This document shows positions 9,171 through 19,549 of a DNA stretch of 64,000 bases, piece after piece. The notes beneath the pieces were generated by a model. It saw nothing but the letters and a program-made list of their open reading frames with translations. It had not been told where the DNA came from and ran no database searches. Made by a program: the position numbers and the translations under genes. The first letter of the stretch is position 1, and the number at the start of each line of letters is the position of its first letter. Source of the stretch: a virus (lineage: Duplodnaviria > Heunggongvirae > Uroviricota > Caudoviricetes); the IMG/VR virus record IMGVR_UViG_2974538492_000001, positions 64,001 to 128,000 of that record; one strand, written 5' to 3'.

Positions 9171-9617
9171 ATGATTCACGATAAGGTTAATACGTTATGG
9201 GGTCTTCGTTTTAATGATTCAGAATTACTTGGGTATCTTCCAGTATTCGATGAAGATCATAAAGCTATTTCTTATTATTCATGTGAGAATATGCATCCTG
9301 AATATGAATATCGTCGAGTAGTGCCATGCTATCAGTACAAAGTATCTGAAGATTGGACTGCTGCTGAAGAAGATTTCTTTATGCAAGAGCACTTACCCAA
9401 AAAGTCTCGTGGATATTTAGTACTTCAACATGAAATTTATCGTGATGATTATATTAAGAACTTTCAAGATAACAAATATGTTGTAATTTTTGTTGGTTGT
9501 GATGATGGTGATAAGGTAATGCGTTTCAAAGATAGAGATTCTGCAATCAATTTTTTGGAAAGCATTACTTATTATGATGAAATCTTTGATGATATGCGAC
9601 TAATGAGTAATAACTAA
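9171..9617 (+). CDS. Hypothetical protein
   Basis: 148-aa ORF within the operon. Confidence 0.65.
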   Translation: MIHDKVNTLWGLRFNDSELLGYLPVFDEDHKAISYYSCENMHPEYEYRRVVPCYQYKVSEDWTAAEEDFFMQEHLPKKSRGYLVLQHEIYRDDYIKNFQDNKYVVIFVGCDDGDKVMRFKDRDSAINFLESITYYDEIFDDMRLMSNN

Positions 9618-9638
9618 TATATTGTTCAAGGATGAAAA

Positions 9639-10382
9639 ATGGCAAAATTAACAAAGCAAGAAATTGCTGACCATAATAAAATATTAGATTTAATTAATTC
9701 GGATAAACCATTAACCTTTGAAGAAAAATGGTTTATTCTTGAGAATTATCACGAAGGGGCTACTAATATAAATTCTGCGGCTGGGGCATTTTTTACACCA
9801 ATTTATTACTCCAGAGATTTTTGTTTAGAAGTATGGGGAAATACAGTAATTGATATGTGTGCAGGTATAGGTTCATTGTCATTCATGGTAGCTAACAAAT
9901 ACTGTCCTGATGATATACCAAAACAAATTGTATGTGTAGAATTAAATCCAGAATATGCAGCAATTGGAAAACGAATTGTACCAGAAGCTGATTGGATTAT
10001 TGGTGATGTACTATCGTATAATTCTCCTATTATATTCGACCAAAGTATAAGCAATCCGCCATTTGGTAAAATTAAAACATCTGATGTTTCCAATCTTCTA
10101 TACAAAGGTGCAGAATTTGAATTTAAAGTAGTATCTAAAGCATCGACACTTTCAAAATATGGTACTTTCATTTTACCACAAATGAGTGCTGGATTTAAAT
10201 ATTCAGGGAATCGTTATTATGAACGTTCAGAAAGTACTAAGTATTCTAAATTCAAAGAACAAACTGGAATTGAATTACAACCAGGTATTGGAATAGATTC
10301 ATCAATGTTCAAAAATGATTGGAAAGGTGTGAATATAATTACTGAAGTATGTATTGCAGATTTTTGTGGTGTATTATTATGA
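9639..10382 (+). CDS. SAM-dependent amino-methyltransferase (NPPF type)
   Basis: Motif I VIDMCAGIG followed by motif IV ISNPPFG. Confidence 0.8.
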   Translation: MAKLTKQEIADHNKILDLINSDKPLTFEEKWFILENYHEGATNINSAAGAFFTPIYYSRDFCLEVWGNTVIDMCAGIGSLSFMVANKYCPDDIPKQIVCVELNPEYAAIGKRIVPEADWIIGDVLSYNSPIIFDQSISNPPFGKIKTSDVSNLLYKGAEFEFKVVSKASTLSKYGTFILPQMSAGFKYSGNRYYERSESTKYSKFKEQTGIELQPGIGIDSSMFKNDWKGVNIITEVCIADFCGVLL

Positions 10383-10852
10383 ATTATCAAACTATAGTTA
10401 AAGATGACTTAATTAATGGAACTGGAGTTCGTGTTAGTTTATATGTAAGTGGTTGTTCACATGGATGCGTTGGATGTTTTAATGAATCTGCATGGGATTA
10501 TAGGTCTGGAACAGTATTTGGTTCAGAACAAATAGAAACAATACGTACTGAATTATCAAAATCATATATTGAAGGATTAACTTTATTAGGTGGTGATCCG
10601 TTGATGCCAAAAAATATCGATACAGTACTGGATTTGTGTAAATTGATGAAAGAAGAATTTCCAGATAAAAATATTTGGTGCTGGACAGGTTATACATTAG
10701 AAGAAGTTAAAAATAATCATGCAAATGATATTTTGAAATATATAGATGTATTAGTTGATGGTAAATTTGTAGAAGAATTAAAGAATCTTAAATTACCATT
10801 TCGTGGTTCTGAAAATCAAAGAATACTTATTAAAGGTAAAGATTATGAGTAA
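10379..10852 (+). CDS. nrdG: Anaerobic RNR activating enzyme (radical SAM)
   Basis: NGTGVRVSLYVSGCSHGCVGCFN, LGGDPL and LPFRGSENQR motifs. Confidence 0.96.
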   Translation: MNYQTIVKDDLINGTGVRVSLYVSGCSHGCVGCFNESAWDYRSGTVFGSEQIETIRTELSKSYIEGLTLLGGDPLMPKNIDTVLDLCKLMKEEFPDKNIWCWTGYTLEEVKNNHANDILKYIDVLVDGKFVEELKNLKLPFRGSENQRILIKGKDYE

Positions 10853-11018
10853 TATTATATTTGAAAAGAGCTATGTTGGAAATACAATTGAATCATTTGA
10901 TTCATTTGATATTTTAAATAATGATGATATTATCACTGATATATTTGGTGATGCACATGGTACATTTATTGTTACAGTAACATATATACCACCTGACTAT
11001 GATCCAAATGATGAATAA
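10845..11018 (+). CDS. Small acidic hypothetical protein
   Basis: ATG overlaps the nrdG end after AAGGT; followed by a terminator. Confidence 0.55.
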   Translation: MSNIIFEKSYVGNTIESFDSFDILNNDDIITDIFGDAHGTFIVTVTYIPPDYDPNDE

Positions 11019-11040
11019 GCACCCTATGGGTGCTTTTTTT
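11017..11040 (+). terminator. Rho-independent terminator
   Basis: AAGCACCC-TAT-GGGTGCTT plus T-run. Confidence 0.85.
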
Positions 11041-11046
11041 GTTTAT

Positions 11047-11090
11047 ACCCTTAATAAATACAACAATGAATATCTTAAATTTATAAGGGT
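11047..11090 (+). promoter_or_regulatory. Late promoter (TAAATA 11055-11060) with upstream anti-SD arm
   Basis: ACCCTTA (11047-53) is complementary to TAAGGGT (11084-90), the RBS of the gene at 11096. Confidence 0.55.
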
Positions 11091-11095
11091 TTATA

Positions 11096-13882
11096 ATGAG
11101 CAAGAAAGTTATAGGAAATTTAAACATAGCAGGAACTAAATTAACTGCTGGAAATAAAAATGTAGTTCGTTCTATTGACGGAACACATTTAGCTGATTCC
11201 AATGGGAATATTGAAATTGATTTTTATACCAAAGATGAATTGGACGAACGTTTAAGTATTCTTCCAATTTCAAGATATGGTTCATTAAATTATCTACCTG
11301 TTGGAACTAATGGTGGTGCTGAAGGTGCAAATGGTGGTTCATTTCAAGGTGCATCTGATGTGGGTCTATTTAGATATAGAGCATTAATGCTTGAAAATAA
11401 TGGCACTTTAGTACTGTTAAGAAATGGAACTAATGGTGCAAAACGTGGTGTTTATTACAGCTATTTGCTGAATGGTAATACTACAACTGATTTTAGTAAT
11501 ACAATAAACACAATTAAACAATATAAACCAAGTTACTTTGGTTCCACGTATGAAAGTTATAATATTTTTGGGTCAGATAATAAAGTACTATTCGGAACTT
11601 TGAATAGAATTTCAGATTCAAATAAGTCAAATTATTTTTTAAGTATTACTAATAGTACTTTTGATGATACTAAACACGTAGGTGTTGTAATACCATCAAC
11701 TTCTTTTACAACTACACCAATTCATACTTTTATGGGTAATAGTAAAATTTATTTCATGGTTGATGAATATGCTGCTCAAACTGGTTTAGGTCGTATTCAA
11801 TATTCAATATATAGCATATTGATAAGTGATGTTAGAACTGGAAGCATTGCATCATTATCAAAAATTAATACATGGAATAGTACTGGATTTTATAATAAAG
11901 CGTTTTCAAATAATTCAATAACAATGTATTCTGAAAATTCGTTGACAAGTACAAATCCTGCTAGTAATCCGTTTACTGTTCTTGCAAACAATATTACACG
12001 GTTTTATCCCGCACAGGGTGGCCCAGCAGATGTTATTGCTTATCAAGATCAAAGTACTGGATTAATTAGAATTCAATTAAATTTTGATGCATGGGGATAT
12101 GGAACATATAATGGAGATATAATGTACTGTAGACCACAGTTATCATTTAGTTTTGTTATAAATGAAACTGCAAAAACCGCCGTTTTAGATTCTGATTTTA
12201 GAACTGGACCTGCATGTACTGTTAATAATAATTTAACATATAGTGGTAATGCTGTAATATTTGATCCTACATATACATTAAAATCAACTCCTACTAGCGA
12301 AAGACGTGGTAACTTAAGAGCTTCATATTTTATAAATTCAATTGGTGAAGTGTATGGAATTTTTACACAAAATACTGGTGGAGCTGCACAAACAATAGTT
12401 AGAGGAAAATATAGTACTACCAATATATATGAAGCATTAAATCCTAGAAAATATAATACTAGTGATGTAGTAGCTGGAATATATAATGGTTCATATGGCT
12501 CAGCAGTTGGTTCTAGTTTAATTGGATTTGAATTATATCCAAATAATCATTTCAAAGTTAATACTTTGAATAAGGGACCAAAATATGATGTTGCATATTG
12601 CAAATATACTCCATCACCAACCTATAATTATCTTTCTATTTCTAGAGGGACAGTTTTAGGATTAGGACCAACACCAGATCGTGTATTGATTACGGATCGT
12701 ACAGAAATTAAAAATATATCAAATGTGAATTCATATATTGATTCTAGTGGAAATGTTACAACCTATGGTGGTATTTTAATTGAAGATATAAAAACTGATA
12801 CATATTTTCAATTTAACCAAAATGCTGAAGGTACTGGTACAATATCAGTAGATAATAATATATTGAAAGTATTATCTACCGCTATGTATAATTATCATAA
12901 TACAAATACTACTCCATTAAATCCAAATCCTATACACAGAAAAACTGTATTATGTGTTTCACAAAAAGCAGATATTCCTTCATTTATAATGACAACCATG
13001 ATTGCAACTGATATGAATGCATTTGTTGGTATTTCTGAAGTGTCTGTTAATACTACAAATGGTACAATAACTAATGTAACTATTACAAAAAATGTAAGCT
13101 ATTGGAAATCCCAAGGTGGTGATATTATCAACGTAATGGGGATGGATTATCCAAGTACTTCTGGTGGATTTACATTTTATGAAGGTTCTGATTTTTGGTT
13201 TATTGGTTGTCAACATCCGTTATTTTGGGGTACAATTGGTTCGGCATATGGAATTGGAATGAGAATGATAGTACCGAAAAGTACTAAAACATTAACATCA
13301 ATTGTTTATACAACAACATCACCATTCCCTGAAGGATATGTTAATGTTTATTACTATACAGCTATACCCAATGTTGGATTTGGACAAATTAATGCAACAT
13401 ACAACTATAATGATGATAATTGTAGAATATTTTTCCAAAATGTAGGGACAACTTTAGCACAATATAATGATTGGACTCCTAATAGTACTCCAATATTAAT
13501 AGCATCACAAGATGTAGCTGAAGGATATATATTATATTTTACAGAAAAAACTCCAGTACTAATAGCAGGCAAGGTATATAATTTACCAATTACAACTATT
13601 GATTTACATGATATTAAAGCAAACCCAGCCAGTACTACATTTTATGTATATGTAACATTGGATGAGGGATTGATATCATATAATGTAAGTACGAGTCAAA
13701 TTGCTGAATCTTTGACAAATATGTATATAGGAACTTGTACTACAAATAACATACAAATATCATCTATTAATATTATTAAGAGATCAAGATTAGATACTTA
13801 TTCACCTGAGTTGAATGCTAAAGGATCTGCAATACCAGTAAGTTCTGGTCTACCAACACAAAATGGAACTATTACGTGGTAA
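11096..13882 (+). CDS. Large virion protein, putative tail fibre/baseplate-associated, paralog 1 of 3
   Basis: 928 aa, N/S/T/G-rich; shares N-terminal K.IGNL...SI....D.NGNI, LP...G.L.YLP.G, GTNG...G.YY, YGSAVG and C-terminal SR.DTY.P....AIPVS..W with the next two ORFs. Confidence 0.65.
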   Translation: MSKKVIGNLNIAGTKLTAGNKNVVRSIDGTHLADSNGNIEIDFYTKDELDERLSILPISRYGSLNYLPVGTNGGAEGANGGSFQGASDVGLFRYRALMLENNGTLVLLRNGTNGAKRGVYYSYLLNGNTTTDFSNTINTIKQYKPSYFGSTYESYNIFGSDNKVLFGTLNRISDSNKSNYFLSITNSTFDDTKHVGVVIPSTSFTTTPIHTFMGNSKIYFMVDEYAAQTGLGRIQYSIYSILISDVRTGSIASLSKINTWNSTGFYNKAFSNNSITMYSENSLTSTNPASNPFTVLANNITRFYPAQGGPADVIAYQDQSTGLIRIQLNFDAWGYGTYNGDIMYCRPQLSFSFVINETAKTAVLDSDFRTGPACTVNNNLTYSGNAVIFDPTYTLKSTPTSERRGNLRASYFINSIGEVYGIFTQNTGGAAQTIVRGKYSTTNIYEALNPRKYNTSDVVAGIYNGSYGSAVGSSLIGFELYPNNHFKVNTLNKGPKYDVAYCKYTPSPTYNYLSISRGTVLGLGPTPDRVLITDRTEIKNISNVNSYIDSSGNVTTYGGILIEDIKTDTYFQFNQNAEGTGTISVDNNILKVLSTAMYNYHNTNTTPLNPNPIHRKTVLCVSQKADIPSFIMTTMIATDMNAFVGISEVSVNTTNGTITNVTITKNVSYWKSQGGDIINVMGMDYPSTSGGFTFYEGSDFWFIGCQHPLFWGTIGSAYGIGMRMIVPKSTKTLTSIVYTTTSPFPEGYVNVYYYTAIPNVGFGQINATYNYNDDNCRIFFQNVGTTLAQYNDWTPNSTPILIASQDVAEGYILYFTEKTPVLIAGKVYNLPITTIDLHDIKANPASTTFYVYVTLDEGLISYNVSTSQIAESLTNMYIGTCTTNNIQISSINIIKRSRLDTYSPELNAKGSAIPVSSGLPTQNGTITW

Positions 13883-13900
13883 TAAAAAGGAATTTAAAAA

Positions 13901-16588
13901 ATGGCACATAAAATAATCGGTAATTTAGAAGTTACCTCTGGTTTAACAGTTAATAATAAAAACGCACTACAATCTGTTAATAGTACTATAAAAAGTAATA
14001 TTAATGGCAATTTGATTATAGATGGCAATATTAAAGATGAAGTTCTTGACATGTTTAGCCAATTTCCAGTATCTAATGTAGGAGACTTAGGTTTCCTACC
14101 ATTGGGAGTTTCTGGATCATATGAAGGGGCAACAAACAACTACGAACAATATATGTACCCAATGCAGTTAGAAGATGATGGTACTCTTACATTTCTTCGT
14201 CCAGGAACAAATGGAAGCTCACAAGGTTTTTATTATGCGTACATAAACAATGCTTTAACAACACAAGACATGACTCCAATAACAACAACAATAAAATACC
14301 ATCCTTCTTTTGTGCCACAAGATAGATATATAAAGTCGTTTGCAACTTCAGATAATTCTATATTCATGGGAAGACTTGATAATAACCAAACATTCTTTTC
14401 TTTCCCAAATGGAACAATGGATCAATCAAAACATACTGGATTCATTACTTCAACAATTGAAGTTCCAGATTACGTGTTTATGGGTAAAACTTATGTGTAC
14501 TTTTTATTAGGTTTAAATTCAGCCGATGGCGATTTAAATGATACATCCCCATTTTCATTTAAATTATCTAGGGTGTTGATTAGTGATTTGAGAGCGGGTA
14601 ATGTAAACTCGTACACCACATTAACAAACTGGACAAGTACTGGAATATATGGAACAACATCAACAAATACCAATATTGTTATGGCTAAAAAATTAGCAGA
14701 TCCAAATTTAGCGAATGAACCATTCTGTCAATATATTGGGAATTTTCGTCGGGTATTAATATTCCATCAATATCGCAGAGGTTCATTTTGGGGAGTCGAG
14801 GATGAAAGTACTGGTAAAATTAGAGTATTTTGTCAGAACTTTATTTTTTCAGAAGTTACTTTTACAAGTAAATCGGAAAGGTGGGCATTTAATTTTGTAA
14901 TAGATGTAGCAAATAAAACGGCAATAGCCGATAGTGATAGTAGGGGATATGTAACAGTAACTAGTCCAGATCAACAAACTGTTGTTTATAATAATCCGAA
15001 CTTATCATTTAGTATGGCAAACATAACTGGTACAAATGAGACATATAGAGGGGCATATAATCAATTGACACTACCATCAGGAATTATATTTGCTACAGAC
15101 TCAACCCACTTTATAAATCAAACGTTTAGTATAGGTCGTGGACAAATATCAAACTTCACGACTGTGTATAATTCATTTATGCGAAGTACTAGAACAATTG
15201 TTAACCGTCTATCACTTTTCGTGCAACCAACGTATGGTTCGGCAATTGGTCAGAATATGGTTGGTGTTCAACCTTTTCCAAACAATAGTTTAGTAGTTAA
15301 TGCTAGGGGTGAAAATAATGGCGTGTCATCTAGTGGTTATGTATTTTCTAAATATGGTTCTGCTGGATACATATACCCATCAATTTCATCAGGAACTATT
15401 TCAGGTTTTGCCCCTCGTCCAGAGCGTAAATTTGTTGGTAATAATCTTCGTCAACTAATTAGTATAGTTGATGCTGCTAAAAATGTTTCCGTTTATGGGT
15501 CATCTTTTTGGGAAGATGGTCGTATATCCAATGCATTGAATTTTTCAGATACAAACCTTGTCGGAACTGGAACACAGTCAATAGAACTTTCAACATTGAT
15601 TGGTTTAAAAACACAAATATTGACAAGTGCTTATGGTAGTATTTGGAATAATACAATAAGTAGCTCAAAAATTATATTATATAGTATTCCAAACACCATT
15701 AATTATTCGTATGCAGTAGTTATGTTTAAGATGACTAATCTGGAATTTCGTTTTATACTAGCAGAAGTTTCACTTTCAATAAGCAACAATGTTATCACAG
15801 CGGCTTCTTTGGGAAGGATTACAAACAATACAATATTGGATACGGATACAAACGTTGAAGTTACTACCAATAATCAACAAGCACAAGGTGGATTAATTAT
15901 ATACGAAGCAGAAGATTTTTATTATATTAATATAGGGATACCATTCAGTTGTGGTGTTGTTGGAACTTCGTTAGAATACGTTGTCCAATGTGCAGTAGAT
16001 AAAACATCCAAAAAGATAATGGAAGCTAGAACCAGAGCCACAAGAACATATGCAGTTTTGGATATAAATTTGAGGCCATATGGTGTAATACCATCACTAG
16101 GTTTCGGATTCTACAAGTACAGTTTATCTGATTATCAAACTAAGTTAGTTTTTGTTCCAGTTGGTAATAATTTAAATGCATATGATTTATGGAATCTTAA
16201 TGGGGTAAATAATGTCATTTTGTCACAAGACGTTTATACTGGATTTATTGTGTACTTTACACAAAATACTCCAGTGTTTATCTCAGGAAAATATAAATTG
16301 TTACCAATTCAATCAATACTTCTCAATGATATAAAATCTAATCCAGCAAATACTACTTTTTATTTGTATGTAAACATGTTAAATGGAAATGCACAATATC
16401 AAATAAGTACTACTGAATTGGCTGAATCATATGAGTGTATATATTTGGGTACTATTGTTACTGACGGAACAAAAATTGCAACAATAAATGTTAGTAAAGT
16501 TTCTCGTATCGATACATATAGACCTTCACGAACTCAAATAGGCTCTGCATTCCCTGTTTCTGATAACTCTGCAACTACTAATTGGTAA
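13901..16588 (+). CDS. Large virion protein, putative tail fibre/baseplate-associated, paralog 2 of 3
   Basis: 895 aa; same conserved blocks as its neighbours. Confidence 0.65.
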   Translation: MAHKIIGNLEVTSGLTVNNKNALQSVNSTIKSNINGNLIIDGNIKDEVLDMFSQFPVSNVGDLGFLPLGVSGSYEGATNNYEQYMYPMQLEDDGTLTFLRPGTNGSSQGFYYAYINNALTTQDMTPITTTIKYHPSFVPQDRYIKSFATSDNSIFMGRLDNNQTFFSFPNGTMDQSKHTGFITSTIEVPDYVFMGKTYVYFLLGLNSADGDLNDTSPFSFKLSRVLISDLRAGNVNSYTTLTNWTSTGIYGTTSTNTNIVMAKKLADPNLANEPFCQYIGNFRRVLIFHQYRRGSFWGVEDESTGKIRVFCQNFIFSEVTFTSKSERWAFNFVIDVANKTAIADSDSRGYVTVTSPDQQTVVYNNPNLSFSMANITGTNETYRGAYNQLTLPSGIIFATDSTHFINQTFSIGRGQISNFTTVYNSFMRSTRTIVNRLSLFVQPTYGSAIGQNMVGVQPFPNNSLVVNARGENNGVSSSGYVFSKYGSAGYIYPSISSGTISGFAPRPERKFVGNNLRQLISIVDAAKNVSVYGSSFWEDGRISNALNFSDTNLVGTGTQSIELSTLIGLKTQILTSAYGSIWNNTISSSKIILYSIPNTINYSYAVVMFKMTNLEFRFILAEVSLSISNNVITAASLGRITNNTILDTDTNVEVTTNNQQAQGGLIIYEAEDFYYINIGIPFSCGVVGTSLEYVVQCAVDKTSKKIMEARTRATRTYAVLDINLRPYGVIPSLGFGFYKYSLSDYQTKLVFVPVGNNLNAYDLWNLNGVNNVILSQDVYTGFIVYFTQNTPVFISGKYKLLPIQSILLNDIKSNPANTTFYLYVNMLNGNAQYQISTTELAESYECIYLGTIVTDGTKIATINVSKVSRIDTYRPSRTQIGSAFPVSDNSATTNW

Positions 16589-16601
16589 AAAGGATTTAAC
16601 C

Positions 16602-19442
16602 ATGACTAAAAAAATAATTGGTAATTTAGATGTTACTAATAATATAAAAGTGAAGGGCAATAACATTGCCCGTTCAATAAATGATATACAAGCTGATGTT
16701 GATGGTAATGTCGATATTAATATGTTCACTAAATTTGAAGTGGATAGTATTATTGGAGCATTACCCCTAACACGATTAGGAACGTTAGATTACTTACCAC
16801 TTAGTGTTTCTGGTTCATATGAAGGAGCAACTAATAATCATAATTATAAAATATACCCATCTGTTATGGAAAGTAACGGTACATTGGTATTTTTAAGACC
16901 AGGAACTGATGGTGGTACAAAAGGATATTACTATTCATATTGGTCAAATGCACGTGAAAGTACTAATGTTAATATAGTTAATACTACATGGAAATATAAT
17001 CCATCTATATTAGGTTCAGCAGCGGCAAATGAATTTATTCGGTCTGACCAAAATGTATTATTTGCTAAATTAACTGATGGGGTTAATAATCCATATATGC
17101 TAATTTTAACAAATGGTACTATGAATCAAGCACAACATAATGGGGTTAAAATACCAACATCTTCATTTAGAGGGACACCATTATATGCATTTATGGGTAA
17201 TACAAAAATATATATAGTTTGTTTATCTAATATGGGTGGAAATTTATTATACAATGGTGCACTTGAATTTTATTTGTACAGTATTAATACCTCTGATGTT
17301 AACGCTGGGGTTACTACTTCATTGGTTGACTTGACAGCAACTAATTGGTCAACTACTACTATTTTTGATCCATTTTGGACAGGTGCTACACAAACATTTA
17401 CTAGTACTGGTATTCAAGTTGCACCTACTACTATTGAATATGTTAACAATGGAGTTCCAAACGATAATCCAGCTTTTATATATTGTGATAGCTCTATTGA
17501 TAGATTACATTCTCCATTTTTAAATGGTGAAATACAAGGTTCAATATCTGCGACAGAAGACCCATTAAATGATGGTAAAATAAGAATATCAATGTTTGGA
17601 GATGCACGGTTTTCCAGTACTAGAATAAGTGCGATATCTTATGATTGGGCATTCAGTGTTGATTGTAATGTTAATACCAAAACTGCTAAAACTGATCAAG
17701 GTGCTACCTCAACATTAGATGGTGCATTCCCAATAGCAGTACATGAAACGTCAACTGCTATTACCGCTACATCAATGACTGGTTTAAGTAGAAATAAAGT
17801 TACAGGATTAACTCCACGTATTTCTCTTGAATCATTAACCCAAATAGTACTTAAAGATGGGATGTGTTTTTCAGTAGGTTCATCATCAATTCAACACACT
17901 TATTATAGAATATCAAGATCATCTATACAAAATTATACTAACAAATATAATGATGAAATTATTAGAAATAGAAATACAGCCACTCCATTAATTAATTTAA
18001 ATGTAAAAGTTATTAACCCAACATATGGTTCAGCCGTTGGTCAAAATATACTAGCCCCACAACCATTAACAAGAACGAAAATGTTAGTTGATTGTGCAGG
18101 TACTAATAATGGAACATATTTTGGAAAAAGTAAAGTTGCATCTACGTTTGGTACTGATGGATATGTATATAAATCATTAACAGCAGGTACTATTTCAGGC
18201 TTTGCACCTACTACAAATAGAGACTATGTTGGTAGTGATGATAAATTTATATGTCCTATAAGTTATGTTCCTACGTTAGCTTCTGGAAATCCAGTACAAG
18301 TATTAGGAACATCATTTGTAGAAGATTATAAATTATCAGGATTTAGTACGATGAATACAACAAATTATTCAACTACTGGAACTATAACTATTGAAAATTC
18401 ATTATTGGTTAGTATTAAGAATGCAGCAATTACATTAGCACTTGGTAGTACTGTTGGTGCAACTATTGTTCGTTCTAAAATAGTTTTATATCAAGTACCT
18501 TCAGCAATATTTCAGTCCATCGCATTCATATATGCATGTTCAAATACAACTGTGTACTCAATACCAGTAACAGTAGATTTAACTACCACTGGTTCTGCAA
18601 TAACTGCTGCAACAAATATAAAATTAATTGACACGTTTAATGGGGGATATTTCACAACAGTACAAAACATTTTATCTATATCAAATATAAACTGGAATAC
18701 TCAACCAGGGTTGACAATATATGATGCTGATGATTTTGTGTACATAAGTATAGGTGTTCCGTTAGGATTATCTGATTCCAGCTTTACATTTTTTAATATG
18801 ATGACAATATGTGGTAATATTAATACTAGGCAAGTGATGACCGCATCGGTAACAAATGACTATGTTAAAATGGTTAGAAGTACTACATTATCAGATCAAG
18901 GTTCTGGCAAACAATTTGGAGTAGTCCCTGGTGTTGGTTTTGGTTTATATGATTTCAATACTAATACTGATGTTCAAACTAAATTAATTTTCACACCAAC
19001 TGGAACCAATTTAAATCACTATCTTGGTAATACTCCATATGTAGTTGCACCAAAAGTTGTGTTGTCACAGCAAGTTGCACAAAATTGGAATGTTTATTTT
19101 ACACAAGAAGTTCCATTAATGATGAGTGGTAAATATTTTAAAATGGCACCAACTATTATTGATTTAACATCAGTTGTAGCAAATCCTAGTAATAAAACAT
19201 TTTACATAAGTGTGATTATGAAGTTAGGAGTTCCACAATATGTTATTTCATTATCATTAACGGAGGACTCTAATACTCAACTAGCGTTTGGAAATATAAC
19301 AACAAATGCTACCGGAATCGCTACTATAAGCACCGCTAAGGTATCTAGATTGGGAACTTATAGACCAGCTACCACCAATTACCAACACGCAATACCAGTC
19401 AGTACAGGGCTTCCTACAGGAAGTGGTACACGCTGGCAATAA
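16602..19442 (+). CDS. Large virion protein, putative tail fibre/baseplate-associated, paralog 3 of 3
   Basis: 946 aa; same conserved blocks as its neighbours. Confidence 0.65.
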   Translation: MTKKIIGNLDVTNNIKVKGNNIARSINDIQADVDGNVDINMFTKFEVDSIIGALPLTRLGTLDYLPLSVSGSYEGATNNHNYKIYPSVMESNGTLVFLRPGTDGGTKGYYYSYWSNARESTNVNIVNTTWKYNPSILGSAAANEFIRSDQNVLFAKLTDGVNNPYMLILTNGTMNQAQHNGVKIPTSSFRGTPLYAFMGNTKIYIVCLSNMGGNLLYNGALEFYLYSINTSDVNAGVTTSLVDLTATNWSTTTIFDPFWTGATQTFTSTGIQVAPTTIEYVNNGVPNDNPAFIYCDSSIDRLHSPFLNGEIQGSISATEDPLNDGKIRISMFGDARFSSTRISAISYDWAFSVDCNVNTKTAKTDQGATSTLDGAFPIAVHETSTAITATSMTGLSRNKVTGLTPRISLESLTQIVLKDGMCFSVGSSSIQHTYYRISRSSIQNYTNKYNDEIIRNRNTATPLINLNVKVINPTYGSAVGQNILAPQPLTRTKMLVDCAGTNNGTYFGKSKVASTFGTDGYVYKSLTAGTISGFAPTTNRDYVGSDDKFICPISYVPTLASGNPVQVLGTSFVEDYKLSGFSTMNTTNYSTTGTITIENSLLVSIKNAAITLALGSTVGATIVRSKIVLYQVPSAIFQSIAFIYACSNTTVYSIPVTVDLTTTGSAITAATNIKLIDTFNGGYFTTVQNILSISNINWNTQPGLTIYDADDFVYISIGVPLGLSDSSFTFFNMMTICGNINTRQVMTASVTNDYVKMVRSTTLSDQGSGKQFGVVPGVGFGLYDFNTNTDVQTKLIFTPTGTNLNHYLGNTPYVVAPKVVLSQQVAQNWNVYFTQEVPLMMSGKYFKMAPTIIDLTSVVANPSNKTFYISVIMKLGVPQYVISLSLTEDSNTQLAFGNITTNATGIATISTAKVSRLGTYRPATTNYQHAIPVSTGLPTGSGTRWQ

Positions 19443-19446
19443 CAAG

Positions 19447-19471
19447 AAGCCCCTTGACAGGGGCTTTTTTT
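19447..19471 (+). terminator. Rho-independent terminator whose loop is TTGACA
   Basis: AAGCCCC-TTGACA-GGGGCTT plus T-run. Confidence 0.85.
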
Positions 19472-19482
19472 GTGCGTATAAT
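19454..19482 (+). promoter_or_regulatory. Consensus sigma70 promoter TTGACA-17-TATAAT
   Basis: -35 at 19454-59, -10 at 19477-82. Confidence 0.8.
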
Positions 19483-19506
19483 CTTCAAATCAATTGAAAA
19501 AAAGAT

Positions 19507-19535
19507 TTGACAAAATACGTTAGATCAGATACAAT
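19507..19535 (+). promoter_or_regulatory. sigma70 promoter TTGACA-17-TACAAT
   Basis: -35 at 19507-12, -10 at 19530-35, just upstream of ATG 19550. Confidence 0.75.
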
Positions 19536-19549
19536 ATGGGGAATTTGAT

